Origin: Lama guanicoe
Lineage: Eukaryota
DNA length: 64,000 bases
Assembly (NCBI GenBank): GCA_013239625.1
Contig: MU054338.1
Coordinates: 3,743,371 to 3,807,370 of the forward strand
Direction of reading: 5' to 3'
Shown here: positions 31,701 through 45,700 of the stretch, in pieces
How positions within the stretch are numbered: the first letter of the stretch is position 1
How the letters are laid out: every line of letters begins with the position of its first letter
Translations under genes and position numbers: made by a program
The notes under the pieces: model-generated
Told to the model about the DNA's origin: nothing
The model's input: the letters and a program-made list of their open reading frames with translations, nothing else
Databases searched by the model: none

Positions 31701-34700
31701 AACTTGGTCCTGAGCTGCTAGGTGCTGGTCTACAGGGAGTCCACAGTTGGGGTAGAGGCTGGAGGAAGAGAGGTGAAGAGACCAACAAGTCACTAAAATA
31801 ATGACAGTATAGCGTGGTACCACCTGTCATAGATACTTACTATAAATGCTTATGGGGGAGTCTGAGGAGAAAATGCCTAGAAAGTTTCTCTTGGGGAATT
31901 GATGCCCAGACTGGGCTTTGAAGCATGAATAGGAGTTCACCGTGGAGAAAGGGAGAAGCAAATATGAATGGCCATGAAGCAGAACATTCAGAGGAGTGGA
32001 AACCTCATGCACTTGGGATCGTCAGGGTGCAAAGCTAAAAAACTAGATCCATGCAGCATACCAAAGTGGGTATCCCTCATCCTAACGGCACTGGAGGATT
32101 TAGGGCTACACAGTTTGTGTTTAGGAGGATTTCCAAAAACCCAGGCCAAAAAAACTCCGAAACAACACAACGTGATAAAACCTCAACAGAAGAAAAGGCC
32201 ACGTGGAGAAGAAGGAGGCAGACTCAGCAGGACTTGCTGGCGGAAGGAGGCGAGCACGCAGTTTACAGCGGCTCCCACGTTTCCAGTGGAGAGAACGGGG
32301 ATGGGTCGGCGGCTGGGGATGACTTGATTCTTGCAGGACACCAATGACACCTAAGACCGGAGATGGAAACTGGTCATTCATGGGGTGGGGAGCTTGCGAC
32401 CTCCCAGGAATCACCTGTTTAGCGGCCAGCAACCCTGGGGAATATCGATTTTCTGCAGCAGATGAGGGAAGAGAAAGAGAGAGGCCAGAGCTGAAGAGGA
32501 GGCCATCACAGAGGAGCCAGGGCCCGTGAGTGGGTAAGAAGCCCCTGGAGGCGATGGGAGGATGGAAGAGAAAGCGGGGACATGGAGAGCCAAAGCTCAT
32601 GTTACTCTCTCCACAAGCCCAGACAGAAAAAGGAGGGAGGTCACTACAGAGACTGAGCAGCTAGGGAGGCAGAGTCTGGAGGCTGACTGGACGGGCCTGG
32701 GGAGAGCGGGTGATCACGGAGAAGGAGACAGGTCTTCCTGGGACCAGGGTGGAGGCTGGCCCAGAACAGGGTGAGGACTTCCACAGCAGAAGCATCTCAA
32801 ATGAAAAGACTTGACTCCTGTGTCATTCCTTCAGACTGGGCTGCCCTATCAAATAGCCCCTAGCCACATGTGGCTATTTACATTTAAAATTTCCTTTGAC
32901 CAGTGAATGGATAAATAAAATGTGGTCCATCCATACAATGGAATATCATTCAGCCCCAAAAACGCAGGAAACTTTGACACTCACTGCAACATGGACGAAC
33001 CTTGAGGACATGATGCTCAGTGAAAAAAGCCAGTCACAGAAGGGCAAATACTGTCTGATTCCACCCCTAGGAGGTCCCTAGAGGAGTCAAATCCAGAAAC
33101 AGAAGGCTGGTGGTAGGTGTCAGGGGCTGAGGGAGGGGAAGGGGGAGTGAATGCTTCATGGGGACAGAGTCTTAGTTTGGGAAGATGAGAAAGTTCTGGA
33201 GATGGACAGTGGGAAGGTTGCACGACAGTGTGAGTGCTTAATGCCACTGAACTGTGCACTTCAAAATGGTTTAAATGCATATTTTAGCACAATTAAAATA
33301 AATGGTGAAAGATATATTTTAAGTTATGTGGATTTTACCATAATTTTAAAAATTAAATATTTTTAAGTGAAATGAAATATAGAGAAAAATCCACAGTCAA
33401 ACCAACCGCATTTCAAGCCCTCAGTGTGGCCAGCGGCTGCCGTGTTGGACAGCTTGGAAACAGGGCTTCTCCCTCACTGCAGAAGGCTCTGTGGTCTGTT
33501 TGTCTACAGCCCAGTGGGCTAAGAATGGTATTTATATCTTTATACACTTGAAAACAATTCAAAAGAAGACTTAGGATTTTGCAACACTTGAAAAATGACA
33601 TGAAATTCACATTTCCTTGTCTCTAAATAAAGTTTTATTATCACATGACCACGTCCATTCCTTTATGTGATTGCACCATTCACAGAGATGAATGGGTGAA
33701 GACAGAGGCCCCTAAAATATTTCCTATCTGGCCAATGACAGAAAAAGTTTGCTGGACCTCTCATGTGGAGCAAAACACGTAAATGGCACCTCATTCCCAG
33801 AACACATTGGAATCAGAGAGCATTGGACTCCAACAGCTTCTGGAAATAAGAAACTCTAATGCATAATAAAGTTATAAGATACCACTTCTCACCCACTGTG
33901 TTGGCGAGGATGAGGGCAAAGGAGGATGAGGCTAAGTGGGTCTCTCTTCTGTGGAGGACAGTTTGGCAGAATCTGTCAAAATGTTCAGTGCATGTTCTCA
34001 GACACAGATCTCACTTCCAGGAAGTTAACCTACAATGATAACTTGTTTATGTTCCCAATGCATACCCTGCCCTAGGCCTTTGTCCCCCTGCAGTCAAGGG
34101 GAAGAGCATTCTTCGAAGCAGGGACAGCATATGCAAAGGCCCTGAGGCAGGACCTTGTCTGATTGTTGGGAGAACAGCTCAAGCACCATGATGGAGAGTA
34201 AAGCGTGAAGGGAGACATCAAAGTGTCATCACGTGGGGCTTTGTCAGCTATGGTGATGAATCTGAATTTCAGCTTAACTCTCGTGGGAAGCCACCAGCGA
34301 TTAGACAGGGGAGGGACATGATCTGACTTCTCTTTTGAAGGACCCTGACTTCTGGTTGGAAAACAGGAGGCAGAGAGGTGAGACTGAAGGAGGACACAAG
34401 TGAGAAGCTGAGGTGTGGTCCAGTGAGAGACCAGGAGGCAGCACTGGAGGGAGATAGGGTTACAAGAGTGGTGGCTCAGAGGAAGAGGGGTTGTGGGGAA
34501 ATCAAGGAAGGTTGCATGGAGGAAGAGGCACCTGAGCCGAGTTAGGTAGTTTAGCCCAGGTAGGATTTCAGCTCATTAGGATAAGTGGGTGGAGAAGGTC
34601 TGGAAAGCATTGAACTGAGTCAAGGGCACTTAACTGAGGAGGAACAATGGGGTGTCAGCCTGGAGAAGGGCACAGAGCTCTACTTAGCTAAGAGTTAGAC

Positions 34701-36670
34701 TTCCTGTCTTCTGGCGTAAAGGCTGAGTACCACATAGGATGAATAGGAGTTGGCTTTGGAGGAAATAGGCAGTACCAGATGGCATGAACAAAAGACACAA
34801 TATGGCATGTGATGTTGGAGTGTAAAACAGAAGTCCAGTGTGGTGAGACGTGAGCCAGGGGCAGTAGTTCTCAACTGGGGACGATTCTGCACCACCCCCC
34901 CAGGGGAGGCTGGGCAGCACGGCGGGGCATTTGTGGTTGTCATGCCTGGGGCATGCTACTGCCATCTAGTGGAGGCCAGGGGTGCTGCTCAACCTCCTGC
35001 AGTGCCCATAACAGCTCCCTACAAGACAATGGTCTGAACCCAACGTCCCTGGTGCTGGGGTGAGAAGCCCTGGAGTAGGAAGATGGATAGAGTTCAGATA
35101 GCGGATCTCCCTGTAGGTGGTTCAGAAGCTTCACCCTTGATCCTTTAGGAGACAGGCAGCCATTCGAGTTTTCCAAGTAGTGGAGAGGCTGATGCCGGTA
35201 ACCCTCACCCTTTGGGCTGGCTGTCCTCTTTTGCTATAACACCGTGATACATCTAATTTTGAAAGCATTCTTCTTCTCTCTCCCTTGCTGACAGCCATCG
35301 CATTGTGTGGCTGTCAGCTTGCCAGTGCTTGCAGAGACTGGCATGGGAGTCCACCACTCATTCTCTAATTTACTGTTTTAAAATTGTGTCTAAAACCAGA
35401 CCACATAAAATTTAAAGGAGAGAATATCAGTGAAGTATTTGACCTGGAGTCTACTAACAGTATGGTGTTGACTTTGCACTTTGCACGTTCGAAGCTTGTT
35501 TTACTTACTTCTGGGTTCTTTTTTCTTTTTTTAAGTTCTGGATTCTTAACTAGATTTCTGACAGCTGTGCTTCCTGGAAAAGTGATCATTATATATGTAT
35601 TTCAACCCAAAACTTCCTTCTTTGTATATTTTTTTCCTAGTGAAGTAGAGCTGTTCTTATGAGAAGAGCCTATGTTTGGTTATCTTTGTGTCCCTAGAGC
35701 CTGGTATTCAATAAATGTGTGCCAAATGAATGAGTGAATCAGAGGTTTTTTTTTTTTTTTAAGGTCAAAGTAGGTGAAAATCTTGCAATGGTTCAGGAAA
35801 CTTTTTTTTGGAAATCTCACTTCACTGACAGGTTCTAAAATAGAAACAAAACCAAAAATAGATAGACAAAATAATATCCCCTAGTTCATGCTTCAGAGTT
35901 CCTCCCTTCCCCAATGTTTTGCTGGTTTTGATGTCAACAGAATCTATGTGGACAGTATTTAACCATGTAAAAGAGACAATATAAAAGTAAAAATAACCGA
36001 GAAAACCGTATCACTCTCATTTCAACTTCCTGTCAGTAGTCCCAGCCCATGCAATACAACAAGACAAAGATATGAAATACATACACAATTAGATTGAAAG
36101 AGACAACGTCTGCCAAGTCTATGAGTACCCACTAGCAGAAGTAGTAATTGATTGCATCAAGATGGCCAAACGCAAGACTGACATGAAAAAAACATCAAGA
36201 GCTCTCCTGTGAACTGAGCCATGACCACTTATAAAAGGCAGTTGTGAGGGGTGCCATTCACAATAGCAGCAAAAACTTTAAGATACATGGGAATTAACTC
36301 AGGAACCCCTTTTTGTCTAAAACCATAAAACTCTTCTGCTAAAGGGACGGGAGACCTGGATAAGGAAGTGGTATACCATGTCCACGGCTGGCCTTTTGCT
36401 TCTTAAAGGTCTCCTGCGTGAGGGAACACATTGCTTCTTTCTTATATACACATTCCTTTACTTTAGCGGGATCAGAGCAATAGAAATATTTTAAAATGAC
36501 AAAACCGAAGTTCATCCTGAGCAAAATAGTCACTTAATGTACACTTTGTATCATTTTATTTTTGATGTGATCATGCTTTTAAAATAATATTATTATTTCA
36601 AGATGTCAAATACCCGGGCTATAGAGGTTTACTCATGCAAAAATAGACAGATGGTAAATAGATAGATAGG

Positions 36671-36702
<32 letters not shown>

Positions 36703-39700
36703 TGCACGATGGCTCCTTGCTAAGAAAGGAATTTTGTTTGAATGGAACATTTTTAGATTGCCTGCCACTGTCTTTTTCTTTTCTTGTGTGAAACTGTCCT
36801 GACTGAACTCTTTTATTGTTTATTTCAGGAGACAAGCTTTCCTGACGAGAGACAGCTTCGAGAGCAGCCTCCTTCCACTCTCCATCCCTGCGGCACTGCA
36901 GGTGGTTGTTTTGCCCAACTACCCGCAGGATGCTTGACGTGGATAATACTTAGGATTAGATACAGTTCGGGAATGGCACACCGGTCTGTTCCTGCTGGTT
37001 CGGGGGCTTCTTTTATGATGTGCCTCTTAAAGACACTGAGAGCAAATTCTAAGCCAAAAGAAGGGTTGGTTCTATTCTCCCCTTACTCCCAAAATAGGCG
37101 CCTTTTTTTTTTCCTGAAAAAAGAACCAGAATTGTTGCAAGTGCTCCTTATAACTGTTGTGTGTTATAAATAAACAGATTACATGCACTGATGTCAGGGC
37201 CTAAGTAGTCCTGAAAAACCTGTACCCCCTCAGTAACTGCCTTGAGAAATTTGATGGTTGCCCACCTATGCTACCGCAGGGCCATCTGTTAAAATACCAG
37301 TTTCTCTCTCAAGTGATGCCTTTATTGGTTCTGCTCCTCATCCGTCATCTGTGCTATAGACTGTATCCTCAGAGGAGGTTTTGAGATGGGAGAAGGGGAT
37401 GCAGCGAACTTAGGTGTCCGAGGGCGCCAACTTTAACCTCCCAGTCTGCTTCTCGCTGGTCCCCAGGATGCATAGTTTCCAGTATCTAGGAACCAGACAA
37501 CTAACTCTTGCTGGCATAAGCGTTTCTTGGATGCATATCTAGAAGCACTGCATTCTGCATCGATGTCCGAAAAGGTGCCCGGATTGATACCGTGCCGCCT
37601 GTCGCATCCGTAGGTTAGCACACCGGAAGTAACATCGGCACATTTTGCTGGTTCAGTGTTGCTGTTAGTCGTGAACCAAGGAGTCTACATTTATGACTAT
37701 GAAGCCAATTCCTGGAATGCATCAAAAGGTATGTCTCTCCCTCTCTCCCTCTCCCTCTCTGCCTCTCTCTCTCCCTCCCTCGCTGTGTGTGTGTGTGTGT
37801 GTGTGTGTTTTATTTTGCATAGCCAACACCAGAGAAAAGATTATTATTCTCAGAAGTACAGACGATACTGCTACTTGGATGTCAGCCACTGGCCGTTCCA
37901 TTGTCATTTAAAATTCAAATAAAAATTGGCCTGAATCCCCTTCCCACAGGGTGGGAACTGAGTGTTTCCACCTGGGATCATGGTGACAAGCCACAAAACC
38001 CTGCTCTGGTCGGAGCACACAAGGTGCGGCAGCAGGAGCTGTGATGGAGGGGAGGACGGGGAGGACAGGGGTGCCGCAGAGATGAGTCCTGGATGCCTGG
38101 CGGCAAGGCTGGCGGGTGACATAGTCCTGCGTACGTCGTGTCAGGGGTGGGGACAGTGGAGAAGACTAGCTTTAAGGAGAGAGAGAAGCGAACCCTGGTG
38201 GAGGAGACAGAGATGGGGCCAAGTGAGACAAGGAAGATGTTGTTCCCTAGAAAAGAGGAAGGACGGCCCCTCTTTTCCAGGACACGAGGAGAAGGGGGAG
38301 GGAGGACAGGTAATCACCAGGGGCTCATCAAGGTGAGAAAGGAGTCAGTACGAGGTTTCTTAACCGCTGTCCTGCTGACATCAGGACCAGGTCATCCTCT
38401 GCAGGGCCATCCTGGGCACCGTGGGGTGTGGAGCAGCCTCCCCAGCCTCCACCCACTCAATGCCAGGAGACCCCCAGTCATGACAACCACAGATGTCCCC
38501 AGACATCACCCAGTGTCCCCCACAGGTCAAAATCCCCTCAGTCAAAAACCACTGAGTTGGTAGATAACCATCTGGCAATTTGCTGTCGTTTTGTTTCGTG
38601 TGTATTCGTTGTGATGAAAGATTATGGGCCAGTGTGAATAGTGCTGCTGTGAACATTTGTGTACAAGTATTTGTTTGGACACATGTTTTCAGTTCTCTTG
38701 GGTAGATACCTAGGGGTGGAATTGCTGGGTCAGATGGAAACTCCGTATTTAACTTACTGAGGAACCATCAGGTCTCCCTGTAACGTAAGTCAGTCTGGTC
38801 TCTGTCTTTTCTCTTCTCTCCATCAGTTTAATAGCATCCAAAGAGTGAACTCCCCATACCCCTTCTCCAGCCCCTGCGCCCCCAATTTTACTTTCTGTCT
38901 CTATGAATGTGACTTCTCTGGGGACCTCAAATAAATGGGATCATTCAGTATTTGTCCTTTTATGGCCAGCTTGTTTCACTGAGCATCATGTCCTCAAGGT
39001 TCATCCGTGTTGTAGCAGGTGTCAGAATTCCTCCCTTTTTAAGGCTGCATAATATTCCATTGGGGTGAATGGACCACATATAAAAAAATCTATTCAGTTG
39101 TCAATGGACACTCAGGCTGCTTGCATGTTTTAGCTATTATAGATCATGCTGGTTTGAACATCCATATACAAATGTCTCCTGGAGACCATGCTTTTAATGT
39201 TTGTGGGGGTATATACCCAGAAGTGGAATTCCTGGATCATGTGGTCATTCTACTTTCATTCCATTTTACATTCGCACCAGCAGTGCAGCAGGATTCCAGG
39301 CGTCGCCAACACTCATTTTCTGTTTCGTGGTAGCCATCCTAATGGGCGGGAGGTACCTCACTGTGGTTTTGCACTGCATTTCCCTGATGATTAGTGATAT
39401 TGAGCTTGTCAGCTACATGTATATTTTCTTTGGAGTTGAAGCTTCTTTTGAAACAGAATCAAAGAATGCCTCCCTAAGAGAAGGGCACTCTTCCTGCAAT
39501 GTTGGCAGAATCCTGAAAGAGTTTCTGCAAAACCAGTGGTTCTCAATCAGGAATAATTCGCCCCTCACCCCGAGATGACACTTAGCAATGTCTGGAGACA
39601 TTTTTTAGTTGTCAAGACTGGAGAAGAGTGTCACCAGTTAAATAAGTTATTGCATAAGTGATTCAATAAGGTAAGGCAGTCAGCAGAAGCAGGGATGCTG

Positions 39701-42700
39701 TAAAACATCCCGCGGTGCCCAGGACAGTCTGGGCGCAGATGTCAGCCGGACGGCGAGAAGCCCTGCTCTAACCTCCCCCCGAACCTGCAGGGAGCTCAGA
39801 GGGCATTTCAGTTCTCTTTCCTTTCAGGTATAGAACACCCTGTTTCCCACATTTCTGGTGACAACTGTTGTTACAGTGGAAATTCGTTTTGTGCGGTGAG
39901 TACCACGTGTCCTGTCTCGTTTGTCCACTCTGCTCTGAGCAGAGGTAATTATGAATGGAAATAAGGGCAGTTACGCCTCGAGGGCTGGGGCTGAGATGGA
40001 CTCGGGCGGTGCACTGCCCTGGGCTCAGGACAGGACCTGAGGTACGGGCGGGGCCCCGGAGCTACTGTTAGATCAGCTGGCCGACACACTGTGAGTGTAT
40101 CCATCTATCTTCTTTTTTTTTTTTTAACCTGGTATTTTGAAATAATTATAGATGTACAGGAAGTTGAAAAAATAAGAGTGCCACGTATCCCTCACCCAGT
40201 TCCCCCCAGTGGTTACATCTTACACAAGCGCAATATGATACAGACAGGAAATTGACATGGGCACAACTGTGTCAAGTCAGGGAATGGCGACTGAGGGCAA
40301 AATCCCCAACTGTTCCATCACCCCGGCGCTCTTTCCACGTCGCCCGGCACTGCCCTGACCCTGGCAACCACGAACCTGTTTTCCATCTCTCTAATTTTAT
40401 CATTTCAAGAATGTTATATGAGTGGGACCATACCATACGAAACCTCTGGGGACTAGCTTGTCCCAGCAACATTCTTTGGAGACTCGTCTGATTTGTTGTG
40501 CATGCGTCTAGTCTGTTCCTTTCTGAGGAATTTTCCAAAGTGTGGCCGAACCAGAAGTGGGTTGTTTCTACTTTTTGGCTGTTACAAATAAGGCTGCTGT
40601 AGACATTCATGGACAGGCTTTTGTCTGGACATAAGTTTTCACTTGTCTGGGATAAATGCCCAGAAGTGTGATCACTGGCATCTGCCCCCTCTTTTAAAAA
40701 CAGAGGTATAATTGACACACCACAGTGTGTTGATTAGATAGACTTATGTACAGCAATACAATCACCACCATACCATATCACACACTTATCATTTCTTTTT
40801 GTTGTGGGAACAATTAAGACTTGGTTTCTTAGCAACTTTGGAGTTTATAATACAGTGTTGCTGTCTGCAATCACTGTGCTGTGCATTTGACTTCCAGACC
40901 TTATTTATCTACTTAAAGAACATCTCCCCACCCCCCTTCGCCCTCTGTCTCCTTTTAAAGAGACCATTCTATGTGTGTGTTCTTCCAGGATGTAAGCAAC
41001 TCGGTTTTTGCTTATTTGCTTGGAGATCAGATATCTCAGACCAATATCTATTTCTCAAACACCCGAGGATACGTATTTCAGAAGTATGCCCACGAAAGGC
41101 AGGTATGTTCAACCTGGTGAGAAAGTCAACAACAACAACAAAAAAAAAGTACCCTGTGCGGTAGGAGTAATTAGCTGTCCGTGGCGGGCAAGGACTTTTC
41201 TCTCTTGAAGAATCCAGCTAGCTAGGAGGGTAGGGGAAAATTCCAGGTCAGAGCAGCTGGCTCAGGAGATTGGGACGTGAGGAAAGAGACGGCCCTGTTT
41301 AGGGGGAAAGCTGGTGCCACAGCACAGGCTGCACGTGACTCACAACACGCAACCCCACGCCCACCCAAAGGGCTATATGTCAGGAACCACCATCATCCCC
41401 ACTTTACAGATGAGAGAACTGGATGGGGTTGAACGTGTGTCCCCCACAAAACCTGTGTCCACCCCGAACCTCAGAACATGACTGTCCTTAGAAACAGGGT
41501 CTTTGCAGATATCATTAGCTAAGACGAGGTCATCCTGGGTCAGGGTGGGTTCTCAAACCAGCACCTGGCGTCCTAGTAAGAAGAGAGGACAGGAGAGGGT
41601 CACACAGAGAAGAAGGCCACAGGAAGACGGGGGCAGGGTTGGAGAGGAACCAGAAGAGACGAATGACCGGCTTACTTCCTCAGAGCTTCCGGAAGGAACC
41701 AACCCCGCTGACCCCCTGACTTCAGACCTCCAGCCTCCACACCTGTGGCATCACAGCCCTGCTGTTTTAAGCCACTGGGTGTGTGGTACTTTGTTATAGC
41801 AGCCCTAGGAAACCAATACAGGGTCGAAGGCTCAGAGAGGTGCAGGGCCTTGCCAAGGCCACACAGCTTGGCAGAGCTGGGGTTTGAACAGCTTAGAAGA
41901 TAGGATCCTTGGGTAGCTAAGAGGATGGTGGCGTTTTGTCCCGATGCAGAGAATGGCTTCATCCCCCCAGACACTTAGGAAGCTGGTCCAAAGGGAGGCA
42001 GAGAGAGTCCACTCTGCCCTCAAGTTCTGATCACGCCCCCAGACTGGTTTCTCGGCCCTGCCCAGGAGGCCCGACGAAGCCCAGAATCTAAGCAGCCACA
42101 TTGTTTCATTCGAAACTAGGTCTAGAAGGACCCAGACTTAATGTCTTTGCTCAGTCGAAAACCATTGTCACTAAAATCCCCAATGGTTTTAGGGTTCTCC
42201 AGAGAAACAAAAGTACTCGCAGAGATAGAGATATAAACATATGGAAGAGGAGACAGGCGATAAGAACTGGCCCACGCGGTCACGGAGGCAGAGAAGCCCC
42301 ACAGTCTGCCATCTGCAGCCGAGATCCAGGATGGCTGGGTTAAGTCCTGGAGCCCAAGGGCCCATGGCCAAGGGGCTGAGACTCCTAAGTGTGGTCCAGA
42401 GCAGTGACCACTCATCCCCTGAGATGGAGGCCCCTCTGTGTTCTCTCGGCAGGGGAGGAGGCATGGGGGTGACTGGTGGCGGGGTGACGGGCGGGCCGCC
42501 ATGATGCCTGGCCGCCTGTGCTAGTCGGGACAGACTGACAGGACATCTTACTGTGCTCGGGCTGCCACAGCAGATCCCGCAAACTGGTGACTGAAGCAAC
42601 ACATGTTTATTTCTGGGAAGTTCAAGATCAAGGTGCTAGCTGATTTCGTTCCTGGTGAGGGCTCTTTTCCTGTCTTGCAGACGGCCCCCTCCTTACTGTG

Positions 42701-45700
42701 TCCTCAGATGGGAGGGAGGGGGAGAGGGAGCAAGAAAGCGCCCTCTGGTGTCTCTTCTTGTAACGGCACTAATCCCATCATGAGGCCCCACCCTCCTGAC
42801 CACATGTAAACCTAGTCACTACACAAAGACCCCCGCCTCCAAATAGCATCACACTGTGTCCCCCCAAAATGCGTATGTTGAAATCCTAATGCCTGATGTG
42901 ACGGTGGTAGGAGGCGGGGCCTCTGGGAGGTGCTTAGGTCATGAGGCTGGAGCCCCCAGGTTAGTGCCCTTCTAAAAGAGGCCCCGGGGAGCTGGCTCAC
43001 CGCTTCCTCCATGTGAGGCCCCAGCAGAAAGTCTGCAGCCCAGGAGAGGGCCCCAGCTGAGCACGCTGGCAGCCCGCTCTCGGACTGCCAGCCTCCAGAA
43101 CTGTGAGCAATCACGTTCTGTTGCTGAGAAGCCACCCAGTCTGTGGTATTTTGTCACAGCAGCCCGAACGGACTAAGACAGGGGGTTAGGGTTTCAGCCC
43201 ATACACCGGCGGCGGCAGGGACGCAGTCTGGCTCACGGCACTTTATATAATAGAAATCTCTGCCTCCCTCCCAGTATCAGAGGCTTAAATAAGATAGTGG
43301 TCCTGCTCTCTTACCTGAAGGACGTCTGGTGGCCATCTGTCCCACTCTCGCTGGGTTGCGGCCCTGGGCCTCATGCTCCGGCTCACCTGCCGGGCACGTT
43401 GCTGACCAGCCAACGGTCAGGAGTGAGAAACCCAGGCAAGAGTGAAGGGTTTAGGCGGGCGTCTCGCAGCCTGAGCCACACCACTTCCTGCAACACCCCA
43501 AGCCCAGCTGTCTTCTTTCAAGGTCTGCCCTAGATGCTCCATTTTCACAGAGGACAGAGCGATCATCATCATCATCATAATAAAAGACTTTCCTTCACTT
43601 TAGCCTACTAGATAATCTAGAGTTAAATTTTGAATTAGGCGCATGTTTATCGTTTATTCTTACGTGATGCTTTGTTCCACAGGCAGAGCTAGTCGGGTCC
43701 TTGGGTGGGATCTTCTACTTTCACTCCCTGTCACAGGTGGGCCTGCTCCTTGTCAACCAGCAGAAGGTGAGTAACTTTTAGCCTGGGGAAGAGTGACTTC
43801 AGTGACCTTTACCCCAAGCCAGGTTTCTGTCAAAACTCACACACTTAGATTTTCATATCTGAAATCCATCTAGCTTTTCACCCACCTGTCCATCCATATC
43901 TCCATCCACCCAACTATCCATTTGCCGATTCATCCACCCACCTACCCATCCATCCACACATCCATCCATCTATCCATTCTTCCATTTGTCTATTTATCCA
44001 ACCACTCATCCACCTACCCATCCAGCCATCTACCTACCTATCTTCTCATGCATCTACTCATCCATCCATCAACCTACTTATCCATCCATCCAATGACCCA
44101 CCCACCTACCCATGCATCCACCTATCCATCCATTCATCCATCTGCTCTTCCATCCTCCCCCTACTCAGCCATCCACCCATCTACCTATACATTCATATAC
44201 CCTTCCGCTCACCCACACCGCTACCTTTATTTGCTCATTCAGTCATGCATTCAGCAATATTAAGTAAGGTCTAGGAGGTGCCAAGCACTATGTTGGGCAC
44301 TAGGGATAAAATACAGGGTGTGCTGCATGTGTCGCTGATAACACAAGACCATTTTAAATGCCTCACGTCAACCCTTTTCTTAATAATTATTTTCACATGT
44401 ATTCAGAAAATCAGGACATGAAAACTGGGACCTCACAGGTATCATTTAGGATAAGACTAAGTTAACAAGAGGAATCAGTCCATGCCAAGTGCACCTGAAG
44501 AAAAAATTATGAAGTCAGACAAAGACTGAAGTCCAGTCAGTACCCTCCGGCTGCAAAATCTGTGAGCGGGGTGTGCCTCTCTGAAGTTCTGGGGAGACCC
44601 ACCGCCAGGAAGCTCCCAGAGGCCGGGCTGCTCCCTGGCGGCTGAAAGCCCCCATCCAGGGTCCCCTCCAGAGCACGAACTGCCAGGGCCCATGCTGAAT
44701 CAGAGACTCTCCTGCCACTCTGGAAACCCCAAGAATGTGGTGGTGGCTGAGTCATCCTGGTTTCAATCTACGCCTGGTTTCCCGGGCCTGACCACTCCCC
44801 GTCATGAAGGCTGCACCTGGCGGGCGTCTGGGGGGAAGCTGCCTTCCCCACTCCGCGCCTGGAGCACGATGGACTTGAAGGCGCTGCAGTCAAGGATGCT
44901 GGCATCTTTGCATTCCTAGCCCTGGCATGGTCTTCAGGCCTCGGCCTCCTTATGGAGGGAGGAGGAGGAAACCTGAAGCCACTTTTCACTCTGACTCAGC
45001 AATTTTTCACTCCTGGCCTTTTCCCCACCTGAGGGCCTGGGTGCATAAAACTGCAGACACCTTCTGTCCGGGGGGCCCCCTGGCACGGGGTGATGAACCC
45101 CATACCTCTGCCAACCCAGTGGACCTCTGACGGTGTGCCATCTCATGGGAAGGGACAAACAGGGGACTTTGGCGTTTTCTCTGGCCTCAGCTCTTATTTA
45201 CCACACCGCAGAAAGCAGTTAAAGGCTGAATGAACTCTCATGTTTGGCTCGTTGCCTTAACTGGGCTCCTCTGACCCCTGGTAGCTCAGCTGAGCGCTCT
45301 CTCAGGGTCTCAGGACCAAGGCAGCCCATCCACACTGCTCAGCGGGTAGGACTAGTCCAGCTCAGCAGCCCAGGCAACAGCCCATCCTCACCCTGGCCGC
45401 TAAGCTCCTCCCACCACCCTGGGGCCCCTTAGAAAGCAGCGCGGTACCTCTGCAGACTCGGAGGCGCTGGGCAAGCCGTGCTGCAGAAACCTCTCCCTCT
45501 GCCACAGTGCATCTTCTGAGAGAGAGGTGTGGGTATCTCTGTGGGACTCGCTTAGAAACCCGTGTTAAGTGTGGGGTTTTTTTCTTTTTTTTTAAACTCC
45601 ATCCTTGCATGGTGTTAAAGAGCAAGTGAGAGAGAACTTTGAGATCCACACAGAGGAATTTAGACTTCACCTAAGAGATGTCACCTTAGAGGGTTGCAAG

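Noticed and set aside
43922..44263. 113-aa His/Pro/Ser-rich ORF
   Set aside because: Translation of the (CCAT)n repeat.
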